Shown one piece after another: positions 56,961 through 64,000 of a DNA stretch of 64,000 nt. Origin of the DNA: the human T2T-CHM13v2.0 reference genome, Homo sapiens. Below the pieces are notes generated by a model. That model saw nothing but the letters and a program-made list of their open reading frames with translations, made no database searches and had not been told where the DNA came from. The translations under genes were made by a program, and so were the position numbers. How positions within the stretch are numbered: the first letter of the stretch is position 1; each line of letters opens with the position of its first letter. The stretch lies in the NCBI RefSeq assembly GCF_009914755.1, contig NC_060938.1; one strand, written 5' to 3'.

Positions 56961-57284
56961 TATGTAAAAATTATAATTTTAACTTTCTTTTTTCTGTTGA
57001 TTGCTTCTGGTTCTCTACCTATACAATCATGTAAAAGTAAATAACAGTAATTTTATTTCTTCTTTTACAATCCTGATACATTTTGTTCCTTCTGTTCTCT
57101 TACTAGCAGGGACTTTCAGTAAAATGTTTGATGGAAATGGAGCTTCCCAATCTCAGTGGGAATGTTTTCAACACTTTACCATTGAATATGCTGCTTACTC
57201 TTGGTATTTTTAAGATTCACTTTTGTGTGTTCAAATCTTCTATAAGCATATAGATAAGAGTTGAAGATGTTTTGGAGGTAGAGA

Positions 57285-57490
57285 CTAATAATCATAGCTA
57301 CCATTTTTGACTTCATACTGTATATAGACACTGTGTGAGGCCCTTTACTTAGATTATTCTAAGTCTACACAATCACAAGGTAAGTAACTTTGTGGATGTT
57401 TAACCATGAAAATAGGTCTCAGAAAATTGAAGCATTGTTCTTAATGTCACAAAAGTTGTCCAGCAAAGATAAAATTCCATCCAAAGTAGC
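57285..57490 (-). mobile_element. MIR
   Basis: taataatcatagctaccattttt..gacactgtg..ctttacttagattatt. Confidence 0.6.
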
Positions 57491-57859
57491 ATATGCTTAA
57501 GTAAGTGATTTAAGTGAAGTTTAAAAATGTAGAAGCATTTATTTGTCAAAAATGAGTTTAAGAGTTTGAAAGTGAAGGCTTAGAAGGGAAGGGAGACTGA
57601 GCATGAAAGATGAAGGGGGAGTTAACAGGGGTCCACAATGAGGGAAGCAGATAGCTCAAAGGGGCTATATTTCGGGTACAGTTTGCAGAGGTGAAATAGC
57701 ACAGGTCAAGGTTAAGAGCTAGAATGCAGGAAGAGAAGTGGCAACTGAATAGACTCAGAATTGGAAGTGACACTTTGGTTTCAGATGTAGCCCCCATGGT
57801 CTTGCCCTCAGATACACAGAAACTATAGCAGTAAATATTTAAAAAAATAGCCACCTAGT

Positions 57860-58040
57860 CAATGATATTTGGTATCAATATCCTTCTCCACTACCAAATA
57901 GCTGTGAGATGTTATGCAAACAATGTATTGCTCTGAGTCTCAGTTACCTGATACTAACAGGCAGAAGAACAAAGGTTGAAGCCTCTCAGTGTTATTGAGA
58001 GGATTAAATAAGGCAATGTGCATAAAGTACTTAGCAAAGG
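57860..58040 (+). mobile_element. MIR
   Basis: ccactaccaaatagctgtg..ctctgagtctcagtt..gagaggattaaataag..taaagtacttagc. Confidence 0.75.
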
Positions 58041-58159
58041 GAAATAAGCTCTATTCTCCAAAGACTGCCCAAGGCAGTGAGTGATGGAAGAAATTCAAGG
58101 ATTTTGGTACCTGGGGGGATAGAGGCCTTCTAAGGAACAGACACCTGATGCTTATGGAG

Positions 58160-58367
58160 CAATAGTTCTCAATAGTGGCTGCAGACTGGAGTCATCCGGG
58201 GAGCTTTAGAAAATATTGATGCTTTATATTTCTTCAGATATAGATCATTCTATTACGAAGACACATACACATGTATGTTCATTGCAACACCATTGACAAT
58301 AGCAAAGATGTGGAATCAACCTAAATGTCTATCAATGGTATACTGGATAAAAAAAATGTAGTGTGTG

Positions 58368-58402
<35 letters not shown>

Positions 58403-58855
58403 TGGAATACTATGCAGCCATAAAAAAGAACAAGATTATGTCCTTTGCAGGGACATGGGTGGAGCTGGAGGCCATTATCCTTAGCAAACTCACGCAGGAA
58501 CAGAAAACCAAATACCACATGTTCTCACTTATACATGAGAGTTAAATAATGAGAACACATGGACACATTGAGGGAAATAACACCCACTGGGAACTATTGG
58601 AGGGTGGAGGATGGGAGGAGGGAGAGGGTCAAGAAAAATAATGAATGGGTACCAAGCTTAATAACTGGTTGATTAAATAATCTGTACAATAAATCCCCAT
58701 GACACAAGTTTACCAATTTAACAAACCTGCACTTGTATCTCTGAATGTAAACTAAAAGTTAAAAATAAAAATAAAAAGAAGAAAATATTGATGGCTGTAT
58801 GCAACCCCAACCCCAAGAATTTTGGCATAATTGGTCTGGAGTATGGGCTGAGCTA
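58160..58855. mobile_element. MER5-family element split by an L1 insertion
   Basis: caatagttctcaa..tggctgcagactggagtcatccggggagcttt, resuming after 58793 as ccccaagaatt..taattggtctggagtatgg. Confidence 0.75.
58222..58779 (+). mobile_element. 5'-truncated L1PA (about PA13-16) with internal (CA)n
   Basis: tatgttcattgcaacac..caatagcaaagatgtggaatcaacctaaatg...ccccatgacacaagtttacc. Perfect TSD agaaaatattgatg (58208-58221 / 58780-58793). Confidence 0.92.
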
Positions 58856-59089
58856 TTGCAAAACAGTTGGTTTCTGCTTCATCTTCTTTCACTGCATCTG
58901 CTTCACCTTCTTATAATATTGGTTCAAATTTATATTTTGGGCTCATTCTCCAGTCATGTGACACCAGTGGCCCCCGGTTCCACACCAATTCCACGGGTGA
59001 AAGGTGACTCAGATTTGGCCAATAAGAGTCTTACATTCCTCCTTCACTGGTGGATAGACAAGGCTGTCAGAACCAACGAGACGCTATGA

Positions 59090-59361
59090 GACTTCCGAAA
59101 GCCTTTGAAAGACAGAGACGCTAACCTGTCATATTTGAGGCTGGGAGGTGTCAAGATTTGCAGCTACAGTCCTCATCTTCCTGTTCTGAGAGAGAAACTA
59201 AGAGATGGAGAGAAACCTACTTCTGAGCACATTAAGTCAGCCATGCCTGAAGCTATTCTGCCCTTTTGAATGCATTGTATCAGTATGTTCCTTCTTTTGC
59301 TTAAGCTAGTTTCAGTTAGATTTTTTCTGCTTTTCAAAAAAAAAGAGGCTTAACTAATGCA
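59090..59361 (+). mobile_element. Old MLT1 (J/K-like) 3' part
   Basis: agagatggagagaaa..tcagccatgcctgaagc..ttttgcttaagctagttt..agtt..ttaactaatgca. Confidence 0.7.
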
Positions 59362-60186
59362 TACCTTTCTTCCTCCAACCCAAATTCCCATGTATCTTAT
59401 GTGGAGTGGGGCCATGATTTTTGATAATAATGCTGCTCAAATAATTTTCAAGCATTTTCTTTCAAGGGCTACTCTGAGTAAAGCATGGAATTAACTAAGT
59501 AATTAAAATCTAAAACGTGTTTTCTCTAGGCTTCTAGCTCCCAACAGACCCTTGGGTAATGAGACCGCCTCCGTATGCCTCAGAGCTCTCACCTGTTGAG
59601 CTGCACTTGAAGAGTCAGATTTTCAAACCAGAACCAGGAGCTACAGTGAAACTTATATTTGACATAAGAAAGGTGCTTACACATGAGTCAGCTGTCTGGA
59701 TGGTTTTGAAACACTTTGCTATCATTTGATCTTTAGCTACAAGTTGTCGGAAAATAGCTTGGCTAATGCTACTCAGCAAATTCTCTCAAGGGTAAGGCTT
59801 CACACCATGAGTTTTTCTCAGGTCTGATGACTAAATCTCTCACTTTATTTTTTTCACTCAGACACTAGCTGTTCACCGGGGGCAGAGTGGAGTAGAAAGG
59901 AAATACTTTGTAGAAAGGGGTTGGGTGATAAGTGTGTGTCTGTTTCCCCAAAGCTGCGTTTGGTCACATCAGCCCAGGATAGGAACAGCAAATTAAAGAG
60001 CATGTCAATGTTGTATTGTAAAAGATAAGGCAAGGACACCATGAAATGGTCAGAGAACAGAAGAATGCACTTCAACTTCCTCTGCTAATAGGCAGGAAAT
60101 GGAACAGCAGCCCTGTCTTCATCCAACTTCATAGGCGAATAGTACTTTTCATTTTATGAAAGTAATTGTAGATTTTGTGGAAAACT

Positions 60187-60205
60187 TAGCCACTAGAGGG
60201 TCCCT
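60187..60205 (+). promoter_or_regulatory. Possible CTCF motif
   Basis: tagCCACTAGAGGGtccct matches the CTCF core, but has T at the usually conserved C after GGG. Confidence 0.3.
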
Positions 60206-61369
60206 CTGTTCAAAGTCATGCATGTAATGTTCAAGGATTTGCACACAGAAAAAAGAGAGAGGGAGAGAGAGTAAGACAGTTATAGCATTGAAAACATGAA
60301 CCAAACAGGAATTAGAGGATCATGGGGCTGTTTTAGTTCACTGATATCTACCTATATTTTGCTACTGACTGTTGGCAACACACCTTAAATGGAATTGCTC
60401 TTCTTTGAAGAAGAAAATGATTTTGCTATAAAATGCACTATAGCATATTGATAATTGTTGATTTTTACTGGCTGGACTATTTTACATTAGAGCAAAGGAT
60501 TATTTAAAGGCAGTTGGTTGCATCTGCCCTTCCCCTCCTCCAATGGAAACGCTGATAGCTAAGTTGAAAAAAGGCACAACCTGCTTTTGACTTGAGATGT
60601 TAGGCCTAGATATAATTAATTCAGAAAAATGTGTGAATTTCTGCCATAGAATAAATTGTACCCAAATAACATCCTTCCCAACTGCTTGGGTGTTTATGTA
60701 TGCGGCCTGAAGAGGTTCTTTCTTACTCAGTTTTGAGGTAGCAGTGGATAGATAGACAATACATTCAGATCTTACTTAATACAATAGAATACAACACAAT
60801 ACCAGTGCAAATCTTACACATTTTCATAAACTTGAGGGATCCAGATTCTTTTTAGTGAAAAATGTATCTGAAGACCGAAGTCTTTCTCAGCATTGCATGT
60901 CTAAAGCATTTTAGGTCCATTTTTAGTTTTGCTGACAGTGCGAATATATTTTCAGGCCAGCTGGGGCAGTGAGTCAGATTGTAGAAATTATCCCTGTGTG
61001 GACCAGATGATGAAACTGGAGAAGATTTCTTGGCTCCTGTTTTTGTACTTTTGTTCATATTGACTTTTTTATTAATAATGTTCTGAAGCATCTTTTTCAT
61101 ATATTTAAATTTAATCAATCTTTTAAGACCTTTAGAATCTTATAACATCTTAAATTTCTTTAGTCTTCAGAGATGACCCGTTTTTCTGAACTAGATGAAA
61201 GACTCTTTAACCTATACTTTCATTTGACCCTTGGTCATACATATGTCATCTTAAAATTCATTATCTTCATTTTTGTTATTATTACTGTAAACTGTGATTT
61301 ATAAGATATTTGTTGTGCATATAAAAACTAGAGAGCTGGGATTTGCAATTATGCCTGCTGGATTTTCAT

Positions 61370-61770
61370 ACATTTAATCATTCATTCATTCAAACATGGA
61401 GTGCCAATATGTAGCAGGCGTTGTACTCCTTAAAGAACTGTACATTGGCTACAATTGAGAGGCAGAGAGGCTTTCTGGGTCATATTTATATCTCCTGCCT
61501 CACAGTTGAAGTTTTAGGCAATTCTCTTTTCCTTCCTTTCTTTCCTGTATTTATTCATCAATTAGGTCAATTGTCCATTTACATTTCAAACTTATACTGA
61601 TGTTCTATATTGCTACAAAGACTAATTGCTGGGAATACAAAAATGAATCAGGCATAATCCCAGCCTCCCAAAAGTCAATGACCACTGATAGGTATCTTAT
61701 GTTTAAATGAAGTAGTTCTCCACAATCTGATGAAAGCAATGACAGAAATTCCAAGGCCAGGTTTCTTGGA
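61370..61770 (-). mobile_element. L2 fragments
   Basis: tcattcattcattcaaaca..gagtgcca..atgtagcaggc; gctgggaatacaaaaatgaatcaggcataatccc. Confidence 0.6.
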
Positions 61771-62894
61771 GGTTGAGAGGTTCAAGTCCTTTAAATTTCT
61801 GAGGCTGAAAGTATAATCAAAGTTTAAAATTCCAAATCAGGGGCTACAAAAAGAAATGACTTATTTTAAATGTTTTTACATTAACCATAAAAATACAGTG
61901 AAATATGATTTTGTTACTTATAAATAAATATTAAGAGGACTTCTAAAATATTCATGGGATACTGTAGGTATTATAGATTAATATTTGGATACAAGTTTAA
62001 ATTGAATAAATATATTCTCTCAGCCCCATTCATATATCTCTTGTGGCTATAAATATTTAAATTTATATTTGAGTCCTTCCATGAGTGTAAAATATGGGTC
62101 CTCTGTTATAGGCCATACAACCTTCTACCCCTTCTTTATATGTGTATAGCAGACAGTGTGTTCTGTTTCAAGGAGTGCTTGATGCTAATTAGCCCATAAT
62201 CAATTTGCAAATAGGAGAATGATGTCAGTATCACTTGGAGATTGGAAAACTGGTTGGTTTATGCGGATTTTTCTCCAGAAGATTAATGTTTCAAAGTGAT
62301 TAGGTTAAAGAGAAAGTCTATGCAATTGTTAAAGCCTTATGGAAAAAAAAGACAAAAATTTGGCAATCTTTAGCATAAGTAGTGACCGATACGGTGGCTT
62401 CAGGAAGCACTGAACTATCTATACTATTAATCTGGGAAATTATTAACCTGTTAATTAATCTGGGAATGTGGAAGAGGAAATTGGAAAGATTATCATCATC
62501 TTAACAAAAAATTTGAAGAGATGTATATCCTGGATTAGATTTTCAAATATGATCAAGCTAGTCACTATAAGAGGCAAGCCTCTTCAATGCCTTACATCTT
62601 AAACCAGGAAGCATGACTATAAGGTTTTAGGCTGCAAAAGAGAGACTGGCTGTAATATTGGGTGTAAATGATAGTGGAGATTTAATTGTGCAACTTAGTT
62701 GTTATTTTTGTAAGTGCTCCCATTACAAAGTCTCACTTGTTTTGAAAGGTCTGCATCCAGCCCCATTTCCTCCATAAGTCCTGTTATTTTTGGTACATGA
62801 TTCCACACAATGTAAAATACTTTAGAAACACATATATGATGTTATAGCAGAGTACACAAAGGTGACCTAATACCCAGTAATGTTGAAATGTTTC

Positions 62895-63415
62895 TTCTAC
62901 CTGGAGATCTTGAGTTCTATGCAGAAAGAGACTGTATCTATTTTGTTCTGTAATATATCCCAGTGACTTTCAAAGTGGCTCACATATAGTACATACTTGT
63001 CTTAGCTTTCTAGGGCTGCCATAAGTGTCATAGACTGAGTGACTTAAATCACAGACATATATTTTCTCACTGTTTTGGAGGCTAGGAGTCTGAGATCAAG
63101 GTGTCAGTAGGGTTGTTTTCCTCTGGGGTCTCTATTTTCGACTTGTGGAAGGCCACCTTCTCTCTGTCTTCACATGGTCTTTTTCTGTGTATGACTATAT
63201 TCCAATTCCCTCTTCTTATTATGTTACCAATCGTAGTAGATTAAGGTATACTCTAGTATACCTCATTTTAATTTACTTACCCCTTTAAAGACACTGTCTC
63301 AAAATATAGTCAAATTCTGAGATGAAGAGTTTACAACTTCAACAAACAAATTTTGAAGGAACACAACTCAGCCCATAACAGTGTTCAATTGGTATCTATC
63401 AATAAATGAATGTAT
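62895..63415 (+). mobile_element. L2 3' end split by an MLT1 LTR
   Basis: gcagaaagagactgtatctattttgttc..tatatcccagtg..cacatatagta, resuming at 63381 as gtgttcaat..taaatgaatg. Confidence 0.65.
62998..63380 (-). mobile_element. MLT1B/C solo LTR
   Basis: tgtcttagctttctagggctgccata..ttggaggctaggagtctgagatcaaggtgtcag...acacaactcagcccataaca. Confidence 0.9.
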
Positions 63416-64000
63416 TTGCTGAGCATCAATATATAAGCATAATTTAACTTGGAACAGGAAAAGAGTAAGAAGGCACTCGAGGCAGGAGATTCGGCATGAG
63501 CAAAGATTCTAGGCAGGAGACTGTAGAAAACGCAGAGAAGTATAAGGTGTTCTCTGTAGTTGAGGGTTTTGTGTTATGTGAGAAGTGTTGAAAATAAGGT
63601 TAAGGGGTAAGGTGAGTATCTCATCTTGGGGATCTTGGTATTTCTTTTTGAAATGATAAGGCTGTAAGCGGTAGGCATGGGCTGTGGAAGGTTTCACTTA
63701 GGGAAGGCAATCAGGTCTGGGCTCTGGTATTGAGCCTACATGGGACAGAACTGTGCGTTAGGCACTGGGATCCCTGCATGCCTGTGTGTGGGGGATGTAT
63801 GAGGCCAGGAGACAGATTAGCCAGGGGAACATATACAACAAAATCTGGACAATTGCTTTGCCAGTATGGCTCTGGGCATGGGGCCACATGGGAGTGAGTA
63901 GTTTGGGAAAATAATAACATCTCCCCTTTGCCAAGCATTGGGATTAATGTGAATGTGTGCTGTTCACAAGGAGAGGTGTAACAGAACTACAACTCACAAT

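Overview
This is AT-rich, CpG-depleted primate genomic DNA, most likely human or great ape given the AluY and AluYe-like copies. It looks intergenic or deep-intronic. I find no supportable protein-coding gene, tRNA, rRNA, CRISPR array or CpG-island promoter. Most supplied ORFs come from Alus, microsatellites and other old repeats; the rest are short non-ATG frames with no recognisable domain. Positions 1-6542 hold a decayed ERV-L provirus (gag, RT, RNase H, integrase, dUTPase, 3' LTR). It lacks the protease and carries nested insertions. The rest is Alu, L1, L2, MIR, MaLR/ERVL LTRs and hAT/Tigger-type relics. Between these lie several repeat-free, CpG-retaining, motif-dense blocks (about 19.4-20.5, 22.0-22.3 and 33.9-34.3 kb) that resemble conserved developmental enhancers. 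A set of minus-strand splice signals, the best being a 91-nt mini-intron at 12829-12739, may belong to a non-coding transcript. I see no convincing novel biological system. Family assignments are from recalled consensus sequences, not database searches, and I cannot name the locus.
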